Source: Antedon mediterranea
Taxonomy: Eukaryota; Animalia; Echinodermata
NCBI RefSeq assembly: GCF_964355755.1
Contig: NC_092679.1
Span: 9,841,432 to 9,905,431 of the forward strand
Direction: 5' to 3'
Length of the DNA: 64,000 nt
The position numbers and the translations under genes were made by a program. Below the pieces are notes generated by a model. That model was not told where the DNA came from, did not search any database, and saw only the letters and a list, made by a program, of their open reading frames with translations. This document shows positions 27,771-39,440 of this stretch, piece by piece (positions within the stretch are counted from its first letter, which is position 1; each line of letters begins with the position of its first letter).

Positions 27771-29399
27771 AATCACATTAGAAACCGTTTTAGACCATTT
27801 TAAGCATTTCGATAAAACTTTTCACACAAAAACATCAAAGAGCACAGAATAGCTTAATATCGTATTTAAAAACGTTTTCGACCATTTTGAGCATTTCGAC
27901 AAAAATTTTTCACACAAAACAGCAAAGTGTACAGAATAGCTTCAAATCGCATTTTGAGACGTTATAGACCATTTTGTGATTTTCGAAAAAACTTTTTAAC
28001 ATAAAAACACCAAAGTGCTTAGAATAGTTTCAAATCGCATTTGGAGAGTTTAAGACCATTTTGTGATTTTCGAAAAAACTTGTTAACATAAAAACACCAA
28101 AGTGCTTAGAATAGCTTCAAATCGCATTTGGAGACGTTTTAGACCATTTTGTGATTTTCGAAAAAAATTGTTAACATAAAAACACCAAAGTGCTTAGAAA
28201 AGCTTAAAATCGCATTTGGAGACGTTTTAGACCATATAGTGATTTTCGAAAAAACTTGTTAACATAAAAACATCAAAGTGCTTAAAATCACATTAGAAAC
28301 CGTTTTAGACCATTTTGAGCATTTCGATAAAACTTTTCACACAAAAACATCAAAGAGCACAAAATAGCTTAATATCGTATTTAAAAACGTTTTTGACCAT
28401 TTTGAGCATTTCGACAAAAATTTTTCACACAAAACAGCAAAGTGTACAGAATAGCTTCAAATCGCATTTTGAGACGTTTTAGACCATTTTGTGATTTTCT
28501 AAAAAACTTGTTAACATAAAAACACCAAAGTGCTTAGAATAGTTTCAAATCGCATTTGGAGACGTTTTAGACCATTTTGTGATTTTCGAAAAAAACTTGT
28601 TAACATAAAAACACCAAAGTGCTTAGAATAGCTTCAAATCGCATTTGGAGACGTTTTAGACCTTTTTGTGATTTCGAAAAAACTTGGTTCCACAAAAACA
28701 TCAAAGTGCTTAAAATCACATTAGAAACCGTTTTAGACCATTTTGAGCATTTCGATAAAACTTTTCACAAAAAAACATCAAAGAGCACAAAATAGCTTAA
28801 TATCGTATTTAAAAACGTTTTAGACCATTTTGAGCATTTCGACAAAAATGTTTCACACAAAACAGCAAAGTGTACAGAATAGCTTCAAATCGCATTTGGA
28901 GACGTATTAGACCATTTTGTGATTTTCGAAAAAACTTGGTTACACAAAAACATCAAAGTTCTTAAAATCACATTAGAAACCGTTTTAGACGATTTTGAGC
29001 ATTTCGATAAAACTTTTCACACAAAAACATCAAAGAGCACAAAATAGCTAAATATCGTATTTAAAAACGTTTTTGACCATTTTGAGCATTTCGACAAAAA
29101 ATTGTTCACACAAAACAGCAAAGTGTACAGAATAGCTTCAAATCGCATTTTGAGACATTTTAGACCCTTTTGTGATTTTCGAAAAAACTTGGTTACACAA
29201 AAACACAGAAGTGCTTAAAATAGCTTCAAATTGCATTTGGAGACGTTTTAGACCATTTTGTGATTTTCTAAAAAACTGGTTAACATAAAAACACAAAAGT
29301 GCTTAGAATAGCTTCAAATTGCATTTGGAGACGTTTTAGACCATTTTGTGATTTTCTAAAAAAGTTGTTAACATAAAAACATCAAAGTGTACAGAATAG
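27771..29399 (+). repeat. Satellite B (continuation)
   Basis: The same 88-bp unit resumes in register after the Kolobok-2 TTAA. Confidence 0.95.
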
Positions 29400-29984
29400 T
29401 GTAATATAATGATATACTGTTATATTTAAGAAATCGACCTCTGTATCGGAATTTAAATAGGTTCACAAACTTGACCCAGAAAGTCCGGAGGAGAGTTTGT
29501 CCAGATGTTTTAATGACCATTTAGTTTATAATAGAATCCCTAAAGAGAACACTTAGCTTAATTTTGTGACTTTCCCATCGTTAAACCAGGAGTGATTGAC
29601 ACTATTTAAGTACAGATTTGACAGTGTCATCCATCACAGAAATACCTTATTATACAGTTAATCATTCTCACTTAAACACCCCTGGACCAACTTAGGACCA
29701 ATCGTTACCCTCACGGATGATGTAATGACATTATGCAAATGAACTGAGCCAATATACTCCCAAGTTTCAGAAGGGCCCAGACACACCTTACAGCCACTTC
29801 TCCAGAAGCAGACTAACACACTTCACACCTCACCGACAGCATCATTGATCCTCCGCGTTCCTTATCTATACTTATAGTTGTATATTGTACTGAAGTATTA
29901 TACTGAATAAACAATATATGTGTTACGACAGTCAAGCGAGTCAGAGTCTTCATTAGTACCTCAACAACGAAACATTATATTACA
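29400..29984 (+). repeat. 5' LTR
   Basis: Terminal 12-bp inverted repeat TGTAATATAATG...CATTATATTACA. Contains ATGCAAAT, CCAAT and AATAAA. Confidence 0.97.
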
Positions 29985-30000
29985 TGGTGGAAGACCCGAA
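29985..30000 (+). promoter_or_regulatory. Primer binding site
   Basis: TGGTGGAAGACCCG immediately follows the 5' LTR (TGG complements the tRNA CCA end). The primer tRNA was not assigned. Confidence 0.75.
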
Positions 30001-30115
30001 TTTCATAAGGAACGGAGTGAGAAAACAAGAAATAAACACTTAACAAGACACGAAGACGAAGACAAAGACAAAAATAACCATATTTGTTTGAAAGGAGAGA
30101 AATTTACTTTGACTC

Positions 30116-30321
30116 AAAAGACAAGCTGAAATTATATTTGAATGAGATCGAGACAAGCAGAAATTTGATCAAATTATTACCATTGGATGAAGACAAAGAA
30201 GATAATCGAGGAAGACACAAAAGACAAGCTGAAATTATATTTGAATGAAATCGAGACAAGCAGAAATTTTATGAAATTATAACCATTGGATAAAGACAAA
30301 GAAGATAATCGAGGAAGACCC
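30116..30321 (+). repeat. ~103-bp tandem duplication in the Gypsy leader
   Basis: ACAAGCTGAAATTATATTTGAATGA...GATAATCGAGGAAGAC at 30121 and 30224. Confidence 0.9.
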
Positions 30322-30654
30322 AAGAAGAATCAAAACAGAAGCAAGCGGACAAGAACTGTTTCGTTTAGAGACTTTCAACTTCACGCCGTTTTTTTTTCGA
30401 TCGTTTTTTTTAACATTTACTTTTTTGAACATTGATGAACACCTTTCGCATTTTTTTTAATTCGTTGTTTGAACATTTAAACATTTTTGAACACTTTTGC
30501 ATTCCTTTAATTCATTTTTAATTGGATCCGAAGCATTTGGGGTAAGTCAAAGCCATTTTGATTTTGATTTGTAACCTTGATTGAAAAGTGAGAGTTTACA
30601 TATATATACACTAAATTGTTTTTGATATTTGATTAATAATTAATATTATAAAGT

Positions 30655-31620
30655 ATGGTCGACATTGTTGATAACGAAGTAATTTTAAATGAGCCCGTCA
30701 ATCCTCACCCCGTGCCCCACCTAAGACAAACCGATTTCCTTCCCAAAAGATATGACGGTTCCATAACCGATCACGACCAATGTAGTGCACACTACTTATC
30801 GTTTACCGACTACCCTGAGGCCCACACTTTAGAAAACCCTGTAAACAATGCCCAATTAATTAATGTAATAAGTATTTTTAAACGTAGCCTTCAGGGCCAA
30901 GCTAGACTCTGGATTGAGGGAAAGCAGTTCGATTCACTGGAATCCTTAAAAACCCAATTCATCAACAGGTTTAGTAAAAACAAATCAATCTATGCGCACA
31001 TAAGAGAATACGATTCAATTACATACACCACTGGCGACAACGCCGAAAAACACTTAACCAAAATCAAACAAGCCGCAGACAGAATTGGATACGCTGACCA
31101 GCAGATAAAGAATAAATTTATTTCGACCCTTCCACCAAAATGTAGAGCAGCTGTAGCCATGTCCACCCCAATCGATGCCACTATTGAAAATATCGTAAAT
31201 AGCACACAAAATTACCTTGACCTTTCCGTAGATGATGCCACACGGGAAGTTTCATTCAATATCAATAAGGAAACAGATAGGCCTAATAGTCTCGAATCGC
31301 TCCAACATGAGATAAATTCTCTCAAGTTAGACATGGCCACAACAAAACGATCCCTTAATGATGATACTCGACGCTCACGTTCCCCCACCCGAAATTATAT
31401 CCCAAGACGAAACCGAAGCCCAAGCCCATACAAACCCCGATTCCAGACCCCACCGACCCCAAGATATAGACAACCTCCCCCAACCTGTTATTACTGCGGG
31501 AAACCAGGCCACATAGCAAGGCACTGCCGACAACAAAACCGCTCTTACGGAAACTATCCCCCGCCATACCCATACCAACAGTCAAACAATTACTACCCTA
31601 GCCACCAGCAGGATTTTTAA
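30655..31620 (+). CDS. gag: Gag with CCHC zinc knuckle
   Basis: 321-aa ORF with the capsid-like LQGQARLW...LKTQFINRF, an RS-rich linker and CYYCGKPGHIARHC. Confidence 0.93.
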   Translation: MVDIVDNEVILNEPVNPHPVPHLRQTDFLPKRYDGSITDHDQCSAHYLSFTDYPEAHTLENPVNNAQLINVISIFKRSLQGQARLWIEGKQFDSLESLKTQFINRFSKNKSIYAHIREYDSITYTTGDNAEKHLTKIKQAADRIGYADQQIKNKFISTLPPKCRAAVAMSTPIDATIENIVNSTQNYLDLSVDDATREVSFNINKETDRPNSLESLQHEINSLKLDMATTKRSLNDDTRRSRSPTRNYIPRRNRSPSPYKPRFQTPPTPRYRQPPPTCYYCGKPGHIARHCRQQNRSYGNYPPPYPYQQSNNYYPSHQQDF

Positions 31621-31655
31621 AAAGGGGACTAGATGCCGCCTATAATCTGGCCCCC
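31611..31655 (+). promoter_or_regulatory. Candidate -1 ribosomal frameshift signal
   Basis: G GAT TTT at the gag end, a 6-nt spacer, then the stem GGGG-A-CTAGAT/ATCTGG-CCCC. Pol is open in the -1 frame from 31611. Confidence 0.75.
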
Positions 31656-34600
31656 CATACTAAATACGACAATTTTAAGGCAAAATACTTAGGGAATTCA
31701 GATAATATTGATTTGTTACTTAACGACAGAAATTACGTTAAAGGAAATTTACCAGATGGTAGAAATGTTTTAACTTTATTTGACAGTGGTTCAACTAGAA
31801 CTATAATCTCACAATCGTACGTTAATTCCTCACTTTATTTATCGCGTTTAAAGCCAGTTAAAGTGAACACAACTAAATTTCGATTAGGTAACGGTGACTT
31901 CTTATATGCCAACCACTTAGTGCAATTCGAATTATTTATCCAAGGACACAAATTTAAAATTTCAGCATTAATCGTTAAAAATTTGACAGGTATTGACCTG
32001 ATACTTGGAACCGAAACATTGTCTGAACTCGACGGTACTTTAAATTTTAAGGAAAACACATTTCGCATTAGACCAAAGATTTTTAGCTTTCGTCCAGTAC
32101 ACAAGATTTTTCTTAAACCCGGTGATACTAAAACAGTTAAATTAAAAGGAAGGGTTCCCGCCTTTGTACGCAATTCTGATGTTGTTCTACATGCAACCAC
32201 CCATATTTCAAAACTTTGTCCATCAGATATGTTAGTAAAATTACATAGAGGAGAAACCAACATTGATATCACTAACAACACAAACAGAAACGTATCTCTA
32301 AATACACATCAACCTATCGCGAGCCTTCACTTAACCAACCTTGTAACAGTTACTAACGACCTACCAATTGATAGAATAAAGTTGACCAATGACAACGCAA
32401 ACAAGTACCCACATTTAGAACGTACAGACCCATTGCTATCTTTAACCGAGGAAGAAATAATTAGAAAACAAGTTGATTTAACAGACAGCGTTTTAACACA
32501 TAGAGAAAAAGAAGATTTGTATAAAACCTTACAACAAAACAGAAACGCATTTTCACTTTATGGTGAACTATCTAGCTGCCCAAACTTCAAAGCTGACATA
32601 CACCTCTCTAACGATGAACCATTTTTTATTCGCCCATACTTCGCGACAGACAAAGACAAACATGTTATTGAGGCCGAATTGAACAAATTAGTCAAATTAG
32701 GAATCTTAGCAGTAGGACACCAATCGTATACTTCCCCTGTCCTTCTTGTTTCAAAGAAAATTTCAAAAGATAAAAGAGTTGTCACAGACTTCCGCTATCT
32801 CAATTCCAGGATAAAACGTATTAATCACCCATTCCCATTATTGGCCGAAACTTTGAAAACAATAGGTAACGCTAATGCACAGATTCTTAGCGTAATTGAT
32901 TTGAAATCAGCGTTCCACTGTGTACCATTAGCCGAACATGCCCAACAATACACAGGTATAGCTTCATATCATGGTGGAAAGCATTATTATTATAAGAGAT
33001 TAGCACAAGGACTAAACGTTTCGCCAGGTATATTTCAAGCAAAGATTGACGAAATTTTAAATGAAATCCCAAATTCTAGAGAATTCTGTATCGCCCATCA
33101 TGATGATATTATTTTATTTAGCCAAGACAAATTTGCTCATAAGCAGCACCTCGTTTCCGTTTTACAAGCCCTACAATTAAATGGTTTTAGAATTTGTCCA
33201 AAGAAATGTAAGTTATTCAAGAATAAAGTGCAATATATGGGACACACCATCCTGATTAATTCTTCAGGACACGCATGTATCACACCATTAGGCGACAGGT
33301 GTGCAGCTATCCGAAATTTGCCAGTCCCACGAACCCATAAAGAAATAAACGATTTATTGGTGCAGTAAATTATGTATCCCATTTTTTCCCTCAAATACAA
33401 TCAATTTTACGTCCGTTACACACACTCGCAAGTAAACGCCGAAAATTTGTTTGGTCTACTGAACACCAGAAAGCATTTGACGACATTAAACAATTAATGG
33501 TTAAACCACCAACTCTTCAAATGCCTAGAAAAGAAGGTAGATTTACGCTATATAGCGACACTTCAAGAACCGCAACAGGTTCATATTTAACACAAACAGT
33601 AAACGGTAAAGAACACATAATAGGTTATTATTCCAAAATCTTACCACAAGCCTGTCAACGATATAGCGTAACAGAATTAGAGTTATTTGGACTTTACATT
33701 AACGTTTCAGCATTTCGACATTTACTAAAGGGTTGCGAATTTGATGCATTCGTAGACCACTCAGCAATTGTACAAATTTGGAATTCAAAAGATCAGCCAT
33801 GTACACCCCGTTTACAGAAACTAATATTACGATTGTCCGGATACATTTTCCAAATTGGTTATAAGAAAGGAACTGAATTAGTTTTAGCAGATTTTCTCTC
33901 CCGAGCCCCTCGTGACGACGATTCCGAAATTGATCAAGTTGTACCCATTGCATTTAATATTACAGAAACTGAATCTCTTAACCCGATTACAAACACATCT
34001 ACTAGCAGACCAGTAACAAGGTCATACGCCAAGAAAATGGGAATAAATATACCTGACCTACATAAACCCAAACCAGTACAAACGCCCGTCATTAATCAAA
34101 ATCCAGTGACAACAAACACGCGACCTACACCTCAACCTACCACTACACCACAGATAATCACGAGACAACAAACAAACGCACATCGATCACCGCCTATCAT
34201 AACGCCACCTATCGTAACACCACCCCCAATACGAAATGTAAACATTCGACAACCTCCAGAGGAACGACTAATAGACAAAAATAAGAAAAGCAAAGATACT
34301 ACACATCGAAACGTACCAGTTGAATTGTATACATCGCCCAAACCACTAGTACCAAACATAACTGAATTTAAGTCAGCACACATCCCAAAACAACAAGACT
34401 TAGATAGATTAATGGATGTTATTCAAAGAAAGATAATTAGAGATTATAACCTCCCAGTAGATGTTAAACAATTACGTGTTGAACAAGAAACTTCACCATT
34501 TTTTAAGCCAGTTTACGATTATTTAGTTCATGATATCCTTCCAGCTGATAAGAAAGCAGCTCGTGCAGTTCAGAATAAGTCAGAGCAGTACATATTGTGC

Positions 34601-36325
34601 AACGGTTTACTATTCCGTTTATTTTTCCAAGATAAAGGTGGAGAATTTGTATTGCAATTAGCTGTTCCTGAAAACTTAGCAGAGACTGTTATTTCTCAGT
34701 ATCACGACAATTTGTTAAGTAGCCACCAAGGTACGATGCGTACTTACCTTACTATTAGGAAATTATTTTACATGCCTCTTATGTTTGAGAAAGTCAACAA
34801 TTATACCCAAGCGTGTCTTAGATGTCAACAATTTCGTCCCAAAACCGATAAATTACGTCCTTTAAACGATCGAGTACCAGCAACTTACCGTCCCTTTCAT
34901 ACACTCAGTCTAGATTTTAAGAGTATGCCAACTTCACCTTCAGGTTTTAAACATATTATGGTAGTATGTGATGAGATAACTAGGTTTTTGATTTGTGTAC
35001 CTTTGAAATCCATTGATGCCGAAACAATTTGTGAAGCACTAATTCAAAAGGTCATCAGTATTTTTGGACCCCCATCTCGTCTTATTTCAGATGCAGCAAC
35101 CTCCCTTACAGGAAAATTATTAACACTATTATGTAACACCCTTAATATTGATAGGAAAATCATCAGCGTCCACAATCACGGTAGTTTACAAGTTGAACGT
35201 CATATCCGCACCGTATCGGACCTGTTAAAGGTCAACCTTAACCAATTCGGAACAGATTGGATTAGATTTGTATCAACAACATGTTATGCTTATAATTCTT
35301 TCTCATCCCCACATCTAGGAAACCACTCCCCTTACGAATTAGTTTTTGGCCGCCAACCTCCAAGTTTGACCTCATTAGCATTTAACCCTATTTCAGGATT
35401 GTCTCATTCCTATGAAGAATACTTTGAACATCTCAAGAAAAAATTTCAAAACATTTCACAGACAATGCTACAAATACAGCGAACACAACAAAACGTCCAA
35501 AACTCAAAGATTTCCCAACGCTTAGAAAAAAGTCCAATTTACTCAGTAGGACAACTCGTATATTTATACAAGCCAACATCATCATCACTAACGGCAAATT
35601 CAAAGAAAATTGCCGCAGAATGGGTCGGACCATTAGTGATTCATGAAGTACTAGACAGAACACACTACATCCTAGCGACGATTAAAGGAGAAATACTTCG
35701 CGACGTATTCAATTATAACAGACTGAAACCCTGTTTTATGAGAACACCCAAAGAACGCAAAAATTTTACACATCTCCAAAAACTTAAACAATTGTTGAAT
35801 GAACCAACTGATGATAATAACGATAAAATCCAAAACACCATTAATGTAGTAAATGACGAAATCAATGTTGAATTTGTAGACGAACATGATAGGACACCCG
35901 CCCAATTGCAATCAGATACCCTTACACATCCAACTAAAGTAGAACCCCTTAACTTGCAACCTTACATTGACTGTGTAGAGAATAACATGGGATTAGCAGC
36001 CCCATTCCAAATGAAAGAGGAAAAAATTAAGGAACAAACTAATTTAATTATGACAGCACCTAATGATTCAAATATGACATTAAACCGAGGTAGATTTAAA
36101 GCAGGACATTTCCAAGTTTTAGTTTCGTATTCTAAACCGACTTCAGCCAAACGCAACACTGATAAAACAAAACACGAATCTAATGATCGCAAATTTTGGT
36201 GGAATATTGACAGATATAACGATACAGATAAATTGATTAAAGAGATCATTAAAGATAAACAGATACCGATAAGTGGATCGCCAAAACGATTCATAAAACG
36301 TTTGTATAATGCAACAAATTACTGA
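31611..36325 (+). CDS. pol: Pol (protease, RT, RNase H, integrase) with one apparent 1-bp deletion at ~33347-33350
   Basis: LFDSGS protease. RT motifs DFRYLN, IDLKSAF, LAQGL and HHDD. RNase H YSDTS...ELE...DH...ADFLSR. Integrase H-H-C-C, LSLDF, ISDA, VERH and WVGPL. ORFs 31713-33368 and 33497-36325 join as KEIKRFIGAVNY if one A is restored. Confidence 0.93.
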
Positions 36326-37376
36326 TTAAATTTTTTTTTGCAAGATTATTGATCTTTTTGATACCTATTACTTTATATTTAAGTGATTTGTGTTATGGTT
36401 GTATTTTTTGAAATGAATAAAAAAAAATGAAAAAAAAAATAAAAAAAAAAAAAAAAAAAAGATTATTTTTAAATTACGACATTTGCTAAATTATTGATAG
36501 CATAGTCTACGTATTTGATGAGATTTGTTTAGTAATGATGTGATTTCAGTTAAAAGAGAATTGAAATTATGATTAAGTATTGATTTTGTAACGAGTTTGA
36601 TAATGATTAATTTTGAATTTTGAATGATCGATATATTGAGATATTAAAAGGAACGACAATCATTTTGTAACAAATATTTTGTTTAACCTTTGAGTCGTTA
36701 ATCTCAAGCATTAATTAATTGATATACAATAACAGGAGATTTTCTTAGTACTTTTAATTGTAATTTTTTTTGACATTGAGTACAAAAGTCGAATTTGCCG
36801 ACCGATTGAAATCGTAATTACCTGTAAATATAAATGCTTAAATCGATAAAGTTGTGACGATAACGATATATTGTGGATAAGTTTGTGTCAACGGGACACA
36901 CACATTTGTTTCTTTTAAAGTTTTAAGTGATTAAGTTTGATATTTGATTTTAGGCTAATCAGCCACAGTTTCTTGAATTTTACGTTTTGATTTGATTGAT
37001 TTATATTTGAAGGCCATTAGAACGCGATAAGTTGTCGCACTATTTGATATATATTCATTGTACATATTCTCTAAGTTCTTTAAATTTGACCAATTGACGT
37101 TTGATTAACGCTCGAGGGAGGAGTAGAGCCAATTACGAGCTATATATATAAACAACCGGATGGGCAGACTATAAATAAGTCGCACGAGCGTATCAAATAT
37201 ACAGTATTTACTGTCGAATTATAAGTTAATTTACTTTTGTGAGATTGTTATAATAGTTGAACTTGAAATTTTATTGTTTGAGTTTTATATCGTTTATTTA
37301 GTTTAATATTGTTTATTTTAAATACATTTTAATTTTATTTATCTTAATTTTAGTCAATTCCAAATTTCCCCCTAAA

Positions 37377-38237
37377 ATGGAATCCGAAAAGCTTGACGTT
37401 ACACAGTTATGCTTAAAACACAAAATTCAAATGACGTCCCTGTCCACAGAATGTGCCCTTATAAAGAAGATAATCCTTTACCAAAGCGAACAAAACGTAA
37501 TTCTCCATATTACCAAAATGATGCCATTTACTTTAGATTCCTTGAAAAGAGTTTTATTATTCCTTTGCGACATCCGTCCAGCAGACCAACTGACAAACCT
37601 CAAATTAAATACCCTTTTACACATTGGCAGTTATTTATGTTGTTTCGACAAAATGTCCTCCCCCATTATAGACTACATTTGGAAGCATAAGAGTGAACCA
37701 GCCCTACTTGACTTTTCCACAATCGACCTTTCCATTAATCTAGACGGCATCGCCACTTGTATACCAAACACACATGAATTTCACAGACAACATATTTATT
37801 CTATGACCCTCCTGCTCTTAGCAATTACAAAAGACATCAAAGCCCCACAATGCACAACATTTTTTTCAAGAGTCCGACAACAAACAGGCATCATACCCCA
37901 AGACGAACACTCACCATTTGGATATGTTGTAACTAAATATAAGAAAAAACTATATTCGCACATTCGTAACATGCAGTACCTGGAAAATAAATACCAAGAT
38001 ACCCCCTGCCAAATTTGTCAATGTAACCCCGAAATTAAAAACTTTCATACTGATTGTACAATCAACAAATGCTGCGGAACATTGTTTCACAAAAATTGCC
38101 AACAAATAAACAAGAAATACCAATGCTTGAATTGCGGTATGGTATATTTGAATGAGATGCCTTACACTGCTACCTACATGTTGGACGACGGCACACTGTG
38201 GACTACATCCCATTATTATCGATTATTATATGATTGA
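37377..38237 (+). CDS. Accessory ORF3 of the Gypsy element (286 aa): possible BTB/POZ-like N-terminus and RING-like Zn finger; not Env-like
   Basis: Intact ORF between pol and the PPT, in an AAAATGG start context. The C-terminus reads CQIC...CCGTLFHKNC...CLNC. There is no signal peptide, furin site or clear TM anchor. Domain calls are by eye. Confidence 0.8.
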   Translation: MESEKLDVTQLCLKHKIQMTSLSTECALIKKIILYQSEQNVILHITKMMPFTLDSLKRVLLFLCDIRPADQLTNLKLNTLLHIGSYLCCFDKMSSPIIDYIWKHKSEPALLDFSTIDLSINLDGIATCIPNTHEFHRQHIYSMTLLLLAITKDIKAPQCTTFFSRVRQQTGIIPQDEHSPFGYVVTKYKKKLYSHIRNMQYLENKYQDTPCQICQCNPEIKNFHTDCTINKCCGTLFHKNCQQINKKYQCLNCGMVYLNEMPYTATYMLDDGTLWTTSHYYRLLYD

Positions 38238-38655
38238 TTTCAATTTATCCTTTATAAATTTTTTTTCTATTTCAAATAATTAACGAGAGTCGACTTCTTG
38301 ACCGATGTTTTTTAGGGAAACCCAACCGTTGTGATGTTTATATTTCGGTAATCCGAGTGTAGCATGCCTCCAAAGCAACGGACCCACAATTATGTCGATC
38401 TTGAAGAACACTTTTGTTTTTTTTATATACATTTTTTGTTTCAAATTTTATATAAATTCCGGAATTTTTATACCAAATTCATTTTTAATTTCATTTTTTT
38501 TAAGAGAGAGAAGAGAGAGAGAGTGAAAGTGATAAGGTTACACTTCAGAGTCAATGGTTTTGGCTAACTCAATTTTTGCTATAATGTTTTTTTTCTTTTA
38601 TATAACTTTAATTTTGCATGCCACTATTATAACCATTTTATATGTTAAATAGATT

Positions 38656-38680
38656 AGAAAAAAAAAGGGAAACAGAGGGA
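38656..38680 (+). promoter_or_regulatory. Polypurine tract
   Basis: AGAAAAAAAAAGGGAAACAGAGGGA directly precedes the 3' LTR. Confidence 0.9.
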
Positions 38681-39265
38681 TGTAATATAATGATATACTG
38701 TTATATTTAAGAAATCGACCTCTGTATCGGAATTTAAATAGGTTCACAAACTTGACCCAGAAAGTCCGGAGGAGAGTTTGTCCAGATGTTTTAATGACCA
38801 TTTAGTTTATAATAGAATCCCTAAAGAGAACACTTAGCTTAATTTTGTGACTTTCCCATCGTTAAACCAGGAGTGATTGACACTATTTAAGTACAGATTT
38901 GACAGTGTCATCCATCACAGAAATACCTTATTATACCGTTAATCATTCCCACTTAAACACCCCTGGACCAACTTAGGACCAATCGTTACCCTCACAGATG
39001 ATGTAATGACATTATGCAAATGAACTGAGCCAATATACTCCCAAGTTTCAGAAGGGCCCAGACACACCTTACAGCCACTTCTCCAGAAGCAGACTAACAC
39101 ACTTCACACCTCACCGACAGCATCATTGATCCTCCGCGTTCCTTATCTATACTTATAGTTGTATATTGTACTGAAGTATTATACTGAATAAACAATATAT
39201 GTGTTATAACAGTCAAGCGAGTCAGAGTCTTCATTAGTACCTCAACAACGAAACATTATATTACA
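38681..39265 (+). repeat. 3' LTR
   Basis: 585 bp, with about 5 substitutions relative to the 5' LTR by eye. Confidence 0.97.
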
Positions 39266-39440
39266 ATAGCTTCAAATCGCATTTGGAGACGTTTTAGACC
39301 ATTTTGTGATTTTCGAAAAAACTTGTTACCATAAAAACACCAATGTGCTTAGAATAGCTTCAAATCGCATTTGGAAACGTTTTAGACCATTTTGTGATTT
39401 TCGAAAAAACTTGGTTCCACAAAAACATCAAAGTGCTTAA

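Larger units (their letters stand above)
29400..39265 (+). mobile_element. Full-length Ty3/Gypsy LTR retrotransposon with an additional third ORF
   Basis: Two 585-bp LTRs (TG...CA), 4-bp TSD ATAG (29396-29399, 39266-39269), PBS, PPT, gag, and PR-RT-RH-IN domain order. Confidence 0.97.

Noticed and set aside
30990-36294. Minus-strand ORFs within gag/pol
   Set aside because: They are antisense shadows of long coding frames with no recognisable motifs.
37377-38237. Env glycoprotein
   Set aside because: It has no signal peptide, furin cleavage site or C-terminal TM helix, and has a Zn-finger-like C-terminus instead.
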